The notes beneath the pieces were generated by a model, which worked only from the letters and a program-made list of their open reading frames with translations, had not been told where the DNA came from and searched no databases. Positions 19,998-29,742 of a stretch of DNA of 64,000 bases are shown in pieces. The DNA is from Candidatus Saccharimonadia bacterium (GTDB lineage Bacteria; Patescibacteriota; Saccharimonadia; UBA4664): the NCBI GenBank assembly GCA_035479295.1, contig DATIIV010000020.1:10027-74026 (forward strand). Direction: 5' to 3'. A program made the translations under genes and the position numbers. How positions within the stretch are numbered: position 1 is the first letter of the stretch; the number at the start of each line of letters is the position of its first letter.

Positions 19998-20537
19998 ATG
20001 AGCCGAATTGGACGACAACCAATTACTGTGCCGGCCGGTGTTACGGTTGAGCAAGTGGGCCGCACCATTAAGGTTAACGGCGCCAAAGGTGCGCTTGAGC
20101 TAGAGCTCATGCCCGACTTAAAACTAGAGCAGGCTGACAGTGTCTTGACGCTCAGTAAAGAGGTGGAGACGCCGGAGACCCAGCGCTCGTTTGGCCTCAT
20201 GCGCACACTCATCAATAACATGGTGGTGGGCGTATCGCAGGGCTTCCAGCGTCAGCTTGAGATTAATGGTGTTGGCTTCCGCGCTAGTGTGGCCGGCAAC
20301 ACTATTACGCTCAGTCTCGGTTTTTCACACCCAGTCAACTTTGTTCTGCCGCCGGGTGTTGAGGCCAAGATCGAGAAGAACGTTATTACGTTAACGGGCT
20401 TCGATAAGCAGGCAGTCGGCCAGGTTGCCGCCAATCTGCGGGCGCTCAAGAAGCCGGAGCCATATAAGGGCAAGGGCATCAAGTACGTCGAAGAGCACAT
20501 TCGCCGCAAGCCGGGTAAGACCGCTACAAAGGGTTAA
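19998..20537 (+). CDS. rplF: 50S ribosomal protein L6
   Basis: MSRIGRQP, PEPYKGKGI. Confidence 0.98.
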   Translation: MSRIGRQPITVPAGVTVEQVGRTIKVNGAKGALELELMPDLKLEQADSVLTLSKEVETPETQRSFGLMRTLINNMVVGVSQGFQRQLEINGVGFRASVAGNTITLSLGFSHPVNFVLPPGVEAKIEKNVITLTGFDKQAVGQVAANLRALKKPEPYKGKGIKYVEEHIRRKPGKTATKG

Positions 20538-20542
20538 AAATT

Positions 20543-20887
20543 ATGAATACTACACTAACACAGTTACAACGCCGTCGTGCTCGGGTTCGCGCCCGGGTCT
20601 CAGGCACGCCCGAGCGCCTGCGCCTGGCCGTCACTATCACGCTACGCCACATTGTGGCTCAGTTGATCGACGACACCGAGGGCAAGACGCTGGTGTACGT
20701 CACCACGGCTAAGCAGGATGTTAAGGGCACGATGACCGATAAGGCCGTCTGGGTCGGTGAGCAGATTGCGGCCAAAGCTAAGGCCAAGAAGATCGCTCAG
20801 GTGGTCTTTGATCGCCGTGGTCGCATTTACCATGGCCGCTTGCATGCCCTGGCGGAAGCTGCTCGCAAAGCAGGATTGGAGTTTTAA
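20543..20887 (+). CDS. rplR: 50S ribosomal protein L18
   Basis: AQLIDD, VVFDR, YHGR. Confidence 0.95.
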   Translation: MNTTLTQLQRRRARVRARVSGTPERLRLAVTITLRHIVAQLIDDTEGKTLVYVTTAKQDVKGTMTDKAVWVGEQIAAKAKAKKIAQVVFDRRGRIYHGRLHALAEAARKAGLEF

Positions 20888-21375
20888 TGGCAATTGTAGA
20901 GCAAGTCAAAGAGTTCGAAGAGAAGGTCATTAATATTGACCGTGTGGCCCGGGTAGTCAAAGGTGGCCGCCGTTTCCGCTTCCGCGCCGTAGTTGTGGTG
21001 GGCGATGGCAAGGGGCGGGTTGGCGTTGGTGTCGGCAAGGGTTCCGAGGTTATGACCTCGATCGCCAAGGCCGTCTCCCGCGCGAAGGCCCAGATGATCA
21101 CCGTGCCCCTTAAGGGTAACACCATTCCGCACGAGATTCAGGTTCGTTTTTCGGGCGCGCAGGTGCTGCTTAAGCCGGCTTCAGCTGGTACCGGCGTTAT
21201 CGCTGGCGGCGCCGTGCGCAATGTAGTTGAGGTAGCTGGTATTCACGACCTGCTTACCAAGTCGCTCGGTTCTAGCAACAAAGTCAACAACGCCTATGCT
21301 ACTATTATGGCATTGTCACAGCTTAAGGCGGCGCCAGTTAAGCCCAGCAAAGACCGCCAGGAAGTTGCGGCCTAG
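20887..21375 (+). CDS. rpsE: 30S ribosomal protein S5
   Basis: [19 protein letters not shown]. Confidence 0.98.
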   Translation: MAIVEQVKEFEEKVINIDRVARVVKGGRRFRFRAVVVVGDGKGRVGVGVGKGSEVMTSIAKAVSRAKAQMITVPLKGNTIPHEIQVRFSGAQVLLKPASAGTGVIAGGAVRNVVEVAGIHDLLTKSLGSSNKVNNAYATIMALSQLKAAPVKPSKDRQEVAA

Positions 21376-21384
21376 GATATAACT

Positions 21385-21882
21385 ATGAAGATTCACGATC
21401 TACAACTCACCTCATCGAAAGACCGCAAGCGAGTCGGTCGCGGTATCGGTTCGGGCTATGGCAAGACGGCCGGCCGCGGTACCAAAGGTCAGAACGCCCG
21501 GACCGGCGGCGGTGTCCGCATTGGTTTTGCCGGTGGCCAGAACCCGCTCGCCAAGCTGCTGCCCAAGAAGCGGGGTTTCCGAGCGCTCAATCCGACCAAT
21601 TATCAGGTAGTTAACCTGGCTCAGCTTAATAGCCTCAAGGATGGCGCCGTAGCCGACAATCAGACGCTGGCTCAGGCTGGCTTGGTCAAGAAGGCCGACC
21701 AGCTCGTAAAACTGCTGGCCCAAGGCGAGCTCACCAAGAAGCTAACGGTGAAGGTGCAGGGTGCCAGTACTGCCGCCACTGCCGCGGTGGAGAAGGCTGG
21801 AGGCTCAGTTGAGCTGACCCCGCTCCCCAAGCAGCCCAGCAAGAAGGCCACTCGGCCCAAGGTCGAGACTAGCGCCTCATGA
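21385..21882 (+). CDS. rplO: 50S ribosomal protein L15
   Basis: RVGRGIGSGYGKTAGRGTKGQ. Confidence 0.97.
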   Translation: MKIHDLQLTSSKDRKRVGRGIGSGYGKTAGRGTKGQNARTGGGVRIGFAGGQNPLAKLLPKKRGFRALNPTNYQVVNLAQLNSLKDGAVADNQTLAQAGLVKKADQLVKLLAQGELTKKLTVKVQGASTAATAAVEKAGGSVELTPLPKQPSKKATRPKVETSAS

Positions 21883-23192
21883 ACCTAACGACGCTCAAGC
21901 AGGTCTATCGTTCGCCTGACTTGCGTCGTCGTGTATTGGTGGTTCTGGGCCTCCTTATTCTGTTTCGCTTCCTGGCTCACGTTCCCGTGCCGGTACCCGA
22001 TAACGCCGCTTTGGCCAACTTTCTTAAGTATGTCTTTAACTCGAATAAGGTTCTGGGCTTTGCCGACCTGTTTTCGGGCGGGGCTTTAACCAACTTCTCC
22101 ATTATTATGATGGGCGTTGGGCCATACATTAACGCCTCAATCATTATTCAGCTCCTTACCCAGGTGGTGCCGCGACTCGAATCATTGCAAAAAGAGGGTG
22201 AGATGGGCCGGCGCAAGCTCAACCAGTACACGCGTCTCCTGACGCTACCATTGGCTCTAGCTCAGTCGTTTGGTATGGTCTTCTTGATTCAGCAGACCTC
22301 GACTCAGGTGACTGGCCACGACCTTATTGGTCACCCCAACCTGTTCCAGTGGCTGCTGATGGTGAGCACGATTACCGCCGGCACCATGTTGCTCATGTGG
22401 ATCGGCGAGATCATTACCGAAAAAGGCATTGGCAACGGTATCTCGTTGATCATCTTCTGTGGTATTATTGCCCGGCTGCCTACTACGGCCGGTCAGTTTA
22501 CCTCGCTGGCCAGTGGCGATACGGGTAAACTGTTGACGCTGGTCTTCTTCTTGGCGGCCACGCTGGCTATTATCGCCTTTGTGGTGGTACTTAACGAAGG
22601 CACGCGCAATATTCCGGTATCATACGCCAAACGGACACGCGGCAACCGAATCTATGCCGGCGTTGATACACATCTGCCGCTGCGCGTTATTACGGCTGGC
22701 GTCATTCCGATCATCTTTGCGCTGGCCTTTTTGTCGGTGCCGGGTATTTTGGGCCAGATTCTCTCGAACGCTAAGACCCATTGGGTGGCCAGCGCCGCCA
22801 AAGAGCTTACCACGCTGTTTGCGACTACCGGTGCCATCTATGCCGTGTCGTACTTTGTACTGGTGGTAGCCTTTACCTACTTCTACACCTCGGTAGTATT
22901 TAATCCCAAAGATATTGCCGAGAACCTGCAGAAACAAGGCGGTTTTGTGCCCGGCATACGGCCTGGCTCTCAGACCGCTACCTATCTGCGGCGGGTCGTT
23001 AATCGCATTACGCTGGCCGGAGCGGCCGGCTTAGGCATCATTGCGGTGCTACCGTTTGTCGCCCAGAGCTTTACCCAGAGCCAAGTCTTAACCTTTGGTG
23101 GTACTGGTCTGCTTATCGTAGTTAGCGTGGCCATAGAGACGCTTAAACAGCTCGAGGCGCAGGCTATCACCACCTCCTACGAGCAGTACTAG
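21879..23192 (+). CDS. secY: preprotein translocase SecY
   Basis: GVGPYINASII, GIGNGISL, GVIPIIFA, PGIRPG, GGTGLLI. Confidence 0.98.
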   Translation: MNLTTLKQVYRSPDLRRRVLVVLGLLILFRFLAHVPVPVPDNAALANFLKYVFNSNKVLGFADLFSGGALTNFSIIMMGVGPYINASIIIQLLTQVVPRLESLQKEGEMGRRKLNQYTRLLTLPLALAQSFGMVFLIQQTSTQVTGHDLIGHPNLFQWLLMVSTITAGTMLLMWIGEIITEKGIGNGISLIIFCGIIARLPTTAGQFTSLASGDTGKLLTLVFFLAATLAIIAFVVVLNEGTRNIPVSYAKRTRGNRIYAGVDTHLPLRVITAGVIPIIFALAFLSVPGILGQILSNAKTHWVASAAKELTTLFATTGAIYAVSYFVLVVAFTYFYTSVVFNPKDIAENLQKQGGFVPGIRPGSQTATYLRRVVNRITLAGAAGLGIIAVLPFVAQSFTQSQVLTFGGTGLLIVVSVAIETLKQLEAQAITTSYEQY

Positions 23193-23255
23193 GGTGAAGA
23201 GTGATGAGATTCTCCGGATTTTTGGCAAAATACCTCAAAAACAGATAGAAAACCC

Positions 23256-23284
23256 TTTACAAGAAGCTAACAATTATCTATAAT
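23256..23284 (+). promoter_or_regulatory. promoter of infA-alpha operon
   Basis: TTTACA-17 nt-TATAAT. Confidence 0.65.
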
Positions 23285-23304
23285 CGACAACTGTAGTCAT
23301 ATAT

Positions 23305-23541
23305 ATGTCAGACGCAAAGAAGAGCACAAAGGAAGTAATTGAAGTAGAGGGCACCGTCATTGAGACTCTGCCCAATGCTTTGTTTAAAGTTCAGCTCGAG
23401 AACGGCCACGTTATCTTGGCCCACATCTCGGGCAAGATGCGCATGCACTACATTCGCATCATCCCTGGTGATCGCGTCGCGGTAGAGATGACACCGTACG
23501 ACCTCTCGAAAGGTCGTATCATTTTCCGACACAGGAACTAA
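23305..23541 (+). CDS. infA: translation initiation factor IF-1
   Basis: [19 protein letters not shown]. Confidence 0.98.
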   Translation: MSDAKKSTKEVIEVEGTVIETLPNALFKVQLENGHVILAHISGKMRMHYIRIIPGDRVAVEMTPYDLSKGRIIFRHRN

Positions 23542-23556
23542 CGGCGAGGAAGAGAC

Positions 23557-23673
23557 GTGAAGGTACAACCGAGCGTAAAGAAGAGGTGTGACAAGTGCAA
23601 GATCATCAAGCGCGAGGGTGTCTTGCGGGTGATCTGCGAGATTTCTCGCCATAAGCAGAGGCAGGGTTCTTAA
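23557..23673 (+). CDS. rpmJ: 50S ribosomal protein L36 (below ORF-track cutoff)
   Basis: Manual translation from GTG: [38 protein letters not shown]. Confidence 0.95.
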   Translation: MKVQPSVKKRCDKCKIIKREGVLRVICEISRHKQRQGS

Positions 23674-24059
23674 TGGTACGTATTGCTGGAGTAAATATTC
23701 CTGACGCCAAGCGCGTCGAGATCGGGCTTACCTACATCTACGGCGTTGGTGACACCACTAGCCGTAAGATCTTGGCCGCCACGGGCGTCAATCCCGACAC
23801 TCGCGTCAAGGACTTGACCGAGGCCGAGACCTCGAAGTTGCGCGAGTACATCGACAAGAATTTCCAGGTCGAGGGCGACCTACAGCGGCAGATCAGCTTG
23901 AACATCAAGCGCCTCAAGGAGATCAGTGCCTACCGTGGGCTGCGCCACAAGGCCAACCTACCGGTGCATGGACAGCGGACCAAGACCAACGCTCGCACCA
24001 AGCGCGGCAAGAAGGTCACCATGGGCTCCGGCCGTAAAAAAGCAGCAGCTAAGACGTAA
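23673..24059 (+). CDS. rpsM: 30S ribosomal protein S13
   Basis: [21 protein letters not shown]. Confidence 0.98.
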   Translation: MVRIAGVNIPDAKRVEIGLTYIYGVGDTTSRKILAATGVNPDTRVKDLTEAETSKLREYIDKNFQVEGDLQRQISLNIKRLKEISAYRGLRHKANLPVHGQRTKTNARTKRGKKVTMGSGRKKAAAKT

Positions 24060-24068
24060 GGTATATCA

Positions 24069-24470
24069 ATGGCAAAGACAACCACTAAAACCAGTACTGC
24101 TCGTCGCCGCAAGATCAAGCGCACCGTCGCTGCCGGTCAGATGCACGTTCAGGCAACCTTTAATAACACCATCGTGTCGTTTACCGACGAGCGCGGCAAT
24201 CTCCTGTCGTGGTCGAGCGCCGGCGCCGCTGGCTTTAAAGGCTCACGCAAGAGCACGCCGTTTGCAGCCCAGAGTGCGGCCGAGCGGGCCGCTACCGCTG
24301 CCAAGGACTATGGCTTGGCCAAGGTCGACGTGTTCGTGCGAGGCGTTGGCTCCGGCCGTGAGTCGGCCATTCGGGCGCTCATTACCGCCGGCATCGCCGT
24401 CAACAGCATTAAGGATGTGACTGGTATTCCGCACAACGGCTGCCGTCCGCGTAAGGCCCGGAGAGTCTAA
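24069..24470 (+). CDS. rpsK: 30S ribosomal protein S11
   Basis: [22 protein letters not shown]. Confidence 0.98.
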   Translation: MAKTTTKTSTARRRKIKRTVAAGQMHVQATFNNTIVSFTDERGNLLSWSSAGAAGFKGSRKSTPFAAQSAAERAATAAKDYGLAKVDVFVRGVGSGRESAIRALITAGIAVNSIKDVTGIPHNGCRPRKARRV

Positions 24471-24473
24471 ACC

Positions 24474-25088
24474 ATGGCACGTAATCTTTCACCTATCCTA
24501 AAGCAGTCTCGTCGCGAGAAGACGGCTCTGCACCCCAAGGCTATTAAGGGCATGACCAAGCGCCCCTACGGTCCCGGCCAGCACGGCCCGCAGAGCGGCC
24601 GTCAGAAGCTCACTCAGTATGCTGTTCAGCTGCGCGAGAAGCAGAAGGTCAAGCGCATGTATGGTCTGCTCGAAAAGCAGTTCGCCAAGGTCGTTAAAGA
24701 GGCCGACCGCCGCCAAGGCATCACCGGCGACATCCTGATTCAGCTACTGGAGCAGCGGCTGGACAACGCCGTTTACCGGCTCGGTCTGGCGCCGTCGCGC
24801 CAAGCTGCCCGTCAGGTCGTTACACACGGCCATGTTCTGCTCAACGGCCGCCGCGTCGACATCCCCTCGATTCTTCTCAAGCCCGGTGATGAGATCCAAG
24901 TTCGCCCCAAGAGTGCCGCTAACGCTTACTTTAAGGCTGTGGCCGAGACGCTGAGCGTGAATGACGGGGTGCGCTGGCTTAGCTTCGACGCTAAGAAGCT
25001 CTCGGCCAAGGTTACAGGACTACCGGCGCGCGAAGATGTTAATGAAGAGATCCGTGAGCAATTAATTATCGAGTTTTACTCAAGGTAA
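24474..25088 (+). CDS. rpsD: 30S ribosomal protein S4
   Basis: PGQHG, QLREKQKVK, RLDNAVYRLG, IIEFYSR. Confidence 0.97.
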   Translation: MARNLSPILKQSRREKTALHPKAIKGMTKRPYGPGQHGPQSGRQKLTQYAVQLREKQKVKRMYGLLEKQFAKVVKEADRRQGITGDILIQLLEQRLDNAVYRLGLAPSRQAARQVVTHGHVLLNGRRVDIPSILLKPGDEIQVRPKSAANAYFKAVAETLSVNDGVRWLSFDAKKLSAKVTGLPAREDVNEEIREQLIIEFYSR

Positions 25089-25104
25089 CGAAAGGACGAT
25101 CACC

Positions 25105-26040
25105 GTGTTACACCCTATACAGCTACCGGAGCTTAAGCCGGTTCACGAGGAGGGCAATAAGGCTACGTTTGCGATTGAGCCCTTGTACTCGGGTTATGGT
25201 ATGACCCTGGGCAACTCGCTGCGCCGTGTCATTCTGTCGAGTCTGGGCGGCGGCGCCGTCACGGCCGTCAAAATTGACAGCGTTGCCCATGAGTTCTCGA
25301 CCATCGATGGCGTTAAAGAAGATGTAGTCGAAATTATTCTTAATCTCAAGAAGTTGCGCTTCCGGGTTTACTCGGATGAGCCGCAATTCTTGGTCCTGAC
25401 CGCCAGCGGCAAGGGCGAGGTAACAGCTACTAGTATCAAGACGTCTTCGGATGTCGAGATCGTCAACCCCGACCAAGTTATCGCGACTCTTGACACCGAT
25501 AAGGTTAAGCTTGGCATGGAGATCAAGGTCGAGAAGGGCCGTGGTTACGTGCCGGTCGAGCACCGCGAGAGCGAGAAGCTTGAGGTCGGCATGATTGCGG
25601 TTGACGCGCTCTACTCGCCGGTGCAGCGCGTGCGCTATAACGTCGAGAACACGCGGGTGGGCCAGATGACCGACCTCGACCGATTGGTAATTGAGGTCGA
25701 GACCGACGGCACCATTACCCCGCACGAGGCGGTTCGCCAGGCGGCCGAGATCCTGGTAGAGCACTTCCAGGTCGTGGCCGGTAACCCCATTGGCAGCGTG
25801 GCTGGAGTACCGGTCGAGGAGCGTGGCGAGACCGGTGCTTCCAAGATCAATATCGAAGAGGTTAATCTGTCGCCCCGCACGACCAATGCGCTGATCAATA
25901 ACGACATCAAGACCGTCAAGGATCTGCTCAAGCTGACCGACCAAGAGCTACGCGAGCTTAAGGGCTTTGGCTCCAAGGCTTACGATGAGGTCAAAGACAA
26001 GATTGCCGAGCTCGGCTTTGCGACGGAGAAAGTGAGCTAG
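25105..26040 (+). CDS. rpoA: RNA polymerase alpha subunit
   Basis: TLGNSLRRVILSS, HEFSTIDGVKED, GRGYV, alpha-CTD. Confidence 0.98.
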   Translation: MLHPIQLPELKPVHEEGNKATFAIEPLYSGYGMTLGNSLRRVILSSLGGGAVTAVKIDSVAHEFSTIDGVKEDVVEIILNLKKLRFRVYSDEPQFLVLTASGKGEVTATSIKTSSDVEIVNPDQVIATLDTDKVKLGMEIKVEKGRGYVPVEHRESEKLEVGMIAVDALYSPVQRVRYNVENTRVGQMTDLDRLVIEVETDGTITPHEAVRQAAEILVEHFQVVAGNPIGSVAGVPVEERGETGASKINIEEVNLSPRTTNALINNDIKTVKDLLKLTDQELRELKGFGSKAYDEVKDKIAELGFATEKVS

Positions 26041-26041
26041 C

Positions 26042-26548
26042 ATGCATCGTCACGGATACAAAGGGCGCAAGCTCCAACTCGCAGCCGGCCCACGCCGCGC
26101 GCTCATTCGCGGCCAGCTAACTTCGTTGGTGCTGCATGAGGCCATTACTACCACCGAGGCCAAGGCCAAAGAGGTGGCGCCTCGCTTCGAGCGCCTGGTT
26201 ACTTACGCCAAAAAAGGTACTCTGGCCGGCGGCCGAGCGCTGCGCGAGGAGCTCCTCACCGAGAATGCCACGCAGAAGATGCTGCAAGTGCTAGCGCCGG
26301 CCTTTAAAGACCGCCAGGGTGGCTACACCCGTATTATTAAATTGGCCAATCGCCGCGGCGACAACGCGCCAATGGTGCAGCTATCGCTTGTGCTCGATGG
26401 CGTTCAGCTGACCGAGGTCGAGGAGGCTGTTGAGGCAAAGGCCGTTAAGGCTGCGCCCAAGACCGCCAAAGCTGCCGCTAAGCCGGCTGCCAAGGCTAAA
26501 ACCGCCGCTAAGGCCAAGGCCGAACCGGCCGAGGTAATCGCATCATGA
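26042..26548 (+). CDS. rplQ: 50S ribosomal protein L17 (A/K-rich tail)
   Basis: ITTTEAKAKE, GGYTRIIK, RRGDNAPM. Confidence 0.96.
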   Translation: MHRHGYKGRKLQLAAGPRRALIRGQLTSLVLHEAITTTEAKAKEVAPRFERLVTYAKKGTLAGGRALREELLTENATQKMLQVLAPAFKDRQGGYTRIIKLANRRGDNAPMVQLSLVLDGVQLTEVEEAVEAKAVKAAPKTAKAAAKPAAKAKTAAKAKAEPAEVIAS

Positions 26549-26976
26549 AGACCTACTCACCCAAACCAACTGAATTAACGCACGACTGGTACATTGTCGA
26601 CGCCGAGGGCCAGACCCTGGGTCGGTTAGCTACGCTGATCGCCACCTACTTACTGGGCAAACATAAGCCGCAGTTTAGCGCTCATCTCGATTGTGGCGAC
26701 AACATCGTAGTTATTAATGCCGCCAAGATTGCCGTAACCGGCAACAAGCTTGAGGATAAAAAGTACTACCGTCACTCTGGTCATCCGGGCGGCATCAAGG
26801 AGACCAGTTTGGCCGCGCTGCTAGAGCGCAATCCGGCTCAGGTGCTCGAGAAGGCTGTGGCAGGCATGCTGCCCAAGAACCGTCTGCACGACGATCGCAT
26901 GTACCGACTCAAAGTGTACCCGACGGCGGAGCATCCTCACGCGCCACAAGCGCCTAAACCGCTAGGAGATAAATAA
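26545..26976 (+). CDS. rplM: 50S ribosomal protein L13
   Basis: WYIVDA, LGRLA, GKHKP, GMLPKN. Confidence 0.97.
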   Translation: MKTYSPKPTELTHDWYIVDAEGQTLGRLATLIATYLLGKHKPQFSAHLDCGDNIVVINAAKIAVTGNKLEDKKYYRHSGHPGGIKETSLAALLERNPAQVLEKAVAGMLPKNRLHDDRMYRLKVYPTAEHPHAPQAPKPLGDK

Positions 26977-27377
26977 TGGCCGAATCAGCTAACCACTACC
27001 ACTACGCACGCGGCCGCCGCAAGGAAGCCATCGCCACCGCTCGGCTCTATCAGGGCAAGGGCGAGATTCTGGTGAACGATCAGCCGGCCGCTACCTACTT
27101 TAACAACGACTCGCTGATCGCCGTCGTGGAGCGCCCGCTCAAACTAGCCGGCCAAGACCAGAAGCTGCGCATCACGCTGCACGTTTCGGGCGGCGGCAAG
27201 GCCGGCCAGGCCGACGCGGCTAGCTTGGCGATCGCCCGCGCCCTCAACGTCATGAGTGACGACCTGCGCCCGACCCTCAAGAAGGCCGGCATGCTTACCC
27301 GCGACCCGCGCGAGAAGGAGCGCATGAAGCCTGGCCTTAAGAAGGCCCGCAAGGCGCCGCAGTTCTCCAAGCGCTAA
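26976..27377 (+). CDS. rpsI: 30S ribosomal protein S9
   Basis: GRRKEA, LTRDPR, KARKAPQFSKR. Confidence 0.98.
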   Translation: MAESANHYHYARGRRKEAIATARLYQGKGEILVNDQPAATYFNNDSLIAVVERPLKLAGQDQKLRITLHVSGGGKAGQADAASLAIARALNVMSDDLRPTLKKAGMLTRDPREKERMKPGLKKARKAPQFSKR

Positions 27378-27397
27378 ATTCGCTCAACTAGTCTGCT

Positions 27398-27429
27398 ACA
27401 AAAACGACCCCCGCTGGGGTCGTTTTTGT
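27398..27429 (+). terminator. intrinsic terminator of rpsI
   Basis: ACAAAAACGACCCC/GGGGTCGTTTTTGT. Confidence 0.85.
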
Positions 27430-27552
27430 GTTGGGGTAGGCCGATCCTGACTCTTGCGAATTATGTCCAAACCAAGTACAAACAGGGTAGCCACTTTGTA
27501 GAGGCAAGGGGGAAGCACCAATCGGGTTACTCAACGAGGCAGGGAGATAACC

Positions 27553-28191
27553 GTGAAAGATTCGAGACGGCTCAGGGAGTTCCTGGAGCTCATCGAGGCA
27601 GAGGACATCCTGGAGCTCGATTCCAAGACCAGGACGATGCTGGTGGAGCGCCTGCACTTCGTTCGCGGCTCGGGCAAGCCCATTCCGCACATGCAGCTGA
27701 ACGACTACGTGTCGGAGCAGGAGACGGCTGGGCTCATTGGCCGGGAGCGATCGGAAGATCAAATCTGGTGTTTGATGCTGACCGAGATGGGCAGCGCCAA
27801 GTTGGCCGACCTGCGGGGGGCGACCCCTGCGATAACTAAGCCGGAGCTGCCGGCCGCCGAACGAGGGCCGGCCACGGCAGTCGAACTTGATTTGGTCGAT
27901 CTGTCAGAGCCCGAGCCGGAAGTGGTCGCGTCCGCTAGGCCGGTCCGTCGTCAGGCTCGGCCAGGGCGGTCGGTGATCGTTCGGCCGCCTCGGCCGCTGA
28001 CGGTGGCTCCGCCGGCCGCGCCCGAACTCGACGAGCCCACCGACCGGGCCCTGGCCAACTTCCTGGAGCTGGCGAGCGTGGCACCCTCGCCGGCCGGCCG
28101 GGCCTTCTGGGCTGCCAAGGCGGCAGCTCGCCAGTTGGCCCTGGAGGTGAACGCCGCCTGTGGCAACGCCCTGCCCGTTAGTGCCGCCTAG
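27553..28191 (+). CDS. hypothetical protein (folded N-terminus, Pro-rich linker)
   Basis: AGGGAG RBS before GTG; followed by a hairpin. Confidence 0.55.
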   Translation: MKDSRRLREFLELIEAEDILELDSKTRTMLVERLHFVRGSGKPIPHMQLNDYVSEQETAGLIGRERSEDQIWCLMLTEMGSAKLADLRGATPAITKPELPAAERGPATAVELDLVDLSEPEPEVVASARPVRRQARPGRSVIVRPPRPLTVAPPAAPELDEPTDRALANFLELASVAPSPAGRAFWAAKAAARQLALEVNAACGNALPVSAA

Positions 28192-28254
28192 CCATCACTC
28201 CCGGCTAGCCGATGGCCTCAACCCACCTCTGGGGTTGAGGCCATCTCCTTGCCT

Positions 28255-29004
28255 CTACGCTACCTCGAAGGTAACCAAGATTGGCAAGTGGTCCGACAGG
28301 CTTGTCTGCAATAACTCAGATTTGGTAACTTTTACGCCTGTGGTATGTAGCACATAATCCAGCCGCCATCTCAGTTGGTCATAATGGTGCGGTCCGATCG
28401 CAAACGGCTTGGTGGTCCAGGTCTTTTGGGCCAAAGCTGGCCCCGCGTGACGCAGGCCTTGGCGCAGCCGACGCCCCGCCCACGATGACGGCGTAGCGTT
28501 AAAGTCACCGGCCAGTAGGTAGGGCTCTGTTGGCGTCTCGGCCAGAATCCGCTCCACCATGGCTCGCTTGGCCGCGCTGGCCCGAAACTGCGGATGAAAT
28601 GGCAGGTGTGTGGTGCCCACCGCTATGACCTGACCGCCGGGCAGCGTCACCTGCACCCCCAGATACAGCCGTTCATCGCGCTTCACCTGGCCATTCTCTA
28701 CCAAGCCCGGCTGCAGCACGATTCGCCGCCGCTCCTGCAGTTCAAACCGCGAAAATATTCCGTCGCCCATTAGTGTCTGCCCGCCGTCGGGTAGCCGCAT
28801 CGGCCCGTACTTATAAAAACCGTAGTAGCCCAGCGTCTCCGCCACATGCGCCCCCACGTCCGCGTACTGCGGCAGATAATTCCGTGTTAACTCCTGCAGG
28901 CACACAATATCAGGCTGCACCGACCGCAAAAACTGCCCGATCGCCGCCGGATCCTCATTATACATACTATTCCACTGCAGCAGGCGGAAGCTCATATCAT
29001 TCAT
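28255..29004 (-). CDS. endonuclease/exonuclease/phosphatase family protein
   Basis: QWN, DIVCLQE, THL, AGDFN, LDYV, SDHLP. Confidence 0.9.
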   Translation of the reverse strand: MNDMSFRLLQWNSMYNEDPAAIGQFLRSVQPDIVCLQELTRNYLPQYADVGAHVAETLGYYGFYKYGPMRLPDGGQTLMGDGIFSRFELQERRRIVLQPGLVENGQVKRDERLYLGVQVTLPGGQVIAVGTTHLPFHPQFRASAAKRAMVERILAETPTEPYLLAGDFNATPSSWAGRRLRQGLRHAGPALAQKTWTTKPFAIGPHHYDQLRWRLDYVLHTTGVKVTKSELLQTSLSDHLPILVTFEVA

Positions 29005-29028
29005 TATATAGTCTTACTCCGTTATATA

Positions 29029-29057
29029 TTGAAAGCCCTAGGCATTACCGGTATAGT
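29029..29057 (+). promoter_or_regulatory. promoter of small-ORF array
   Basis: TTGAAA-17 nt-TATAGT. Confidence 0.5.
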
Positions 29058-29132
29058 CGACCATTGGAGGACCCAATCTCGGGCTCTTCAGGACCAAGCA
29101 GTTGCTGCGAGCCAAGAAGGGTAAGCGTAGGC

Positions 29133-29586
29133 ATGAGACATATGCCTGGACTGCAGCTCAAGAACCGGCGTAGGAGTAGCCCGCCTGGCGATGAGGGCGG
29201 CGACTGACAAGAGCAGCTGACGTGCTTCCACTCTCCGATCTCAACCAGTAAGGTCTGACATGATTCTGATGCACGCACCTCGCCGAGGCGAGGAAAAAGG
29301 CAACGGCTACATGAGTGGTGGCCAGGATGCCTGAGGGACGGGGCGGCGAGGACGACAACGGCTTTCACGGCGGCGAGAACGACCAGGGCCACCATGGCAC
29401 CAAGGAAGGCAACGGCGGCAAATAGCACGTTTGTCTCCACTCGGGGCTGGCTCGCCTGTCCTGGCTCCAAATCCAATTCTCAATGGAAGAGGTCTAGTCG
29501 TGACTAACGTCAAATTGCAAGGCAACAACGGCTCTCGCGGTGGCGAGAACGGCGGCGACGGGTTTCACGGCGGCGGGCGTCTGTAG
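29133..29586 (+). other. tandem array of four small Gly/Asn/acidic peptide ORFs (29133-29207, 29260-29334, 29327-29425, 29500-29586)
   Basis: Manual translation; shared GFHGG, GGEN, GNG and GGD motifs and related spacers. Confidence 0.5.
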
Positions 29587-29648
29587 GTTGGCGGAAAGTG
29601 CGCTGAGGGCAACTAGAATCGCCTGACTTGGCTTCGCTAGCTGCACCG

Positions 29649-29696
29649 GTCCGGCCTAGGGGCGTTTGCGCACCTCTAGGCCGGACTAAGCTTTTT
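29649..29696 (+). terminator. strong hairpin closing the small-ORF array
   Basis: GTCCGGCCTAGGGG/CCTCTAGGCCGGAC with a nearby T-run. Confidence 0.6.
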
Positions 29697-29742
29697 GCTT
29701 AGCCAGTAGCCGAGTAGACCATAAGCACGATATAATGCGCTT

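Noticed and set aside
4233-27370. Many long antisense ORFs over fusA, tuf, rpoA and ribosomal protein genes
   Set aside because: Shadow ORFs caused by GC3-biased codon usage on the coding strand
29045-29476. 143-aa minus-strand hydrophobic ORF
   Set aside because: Its V/A/L run is the antisense reading of GGC/AAC/GAG-rich peptide codons, and the promoter and terminator point to the + strand; kept only as an alternative
29133-29586. CRISPR-like array
   Set aside because: Repeats are degenerate, codon-phased and irregularly spaced; no cas genes
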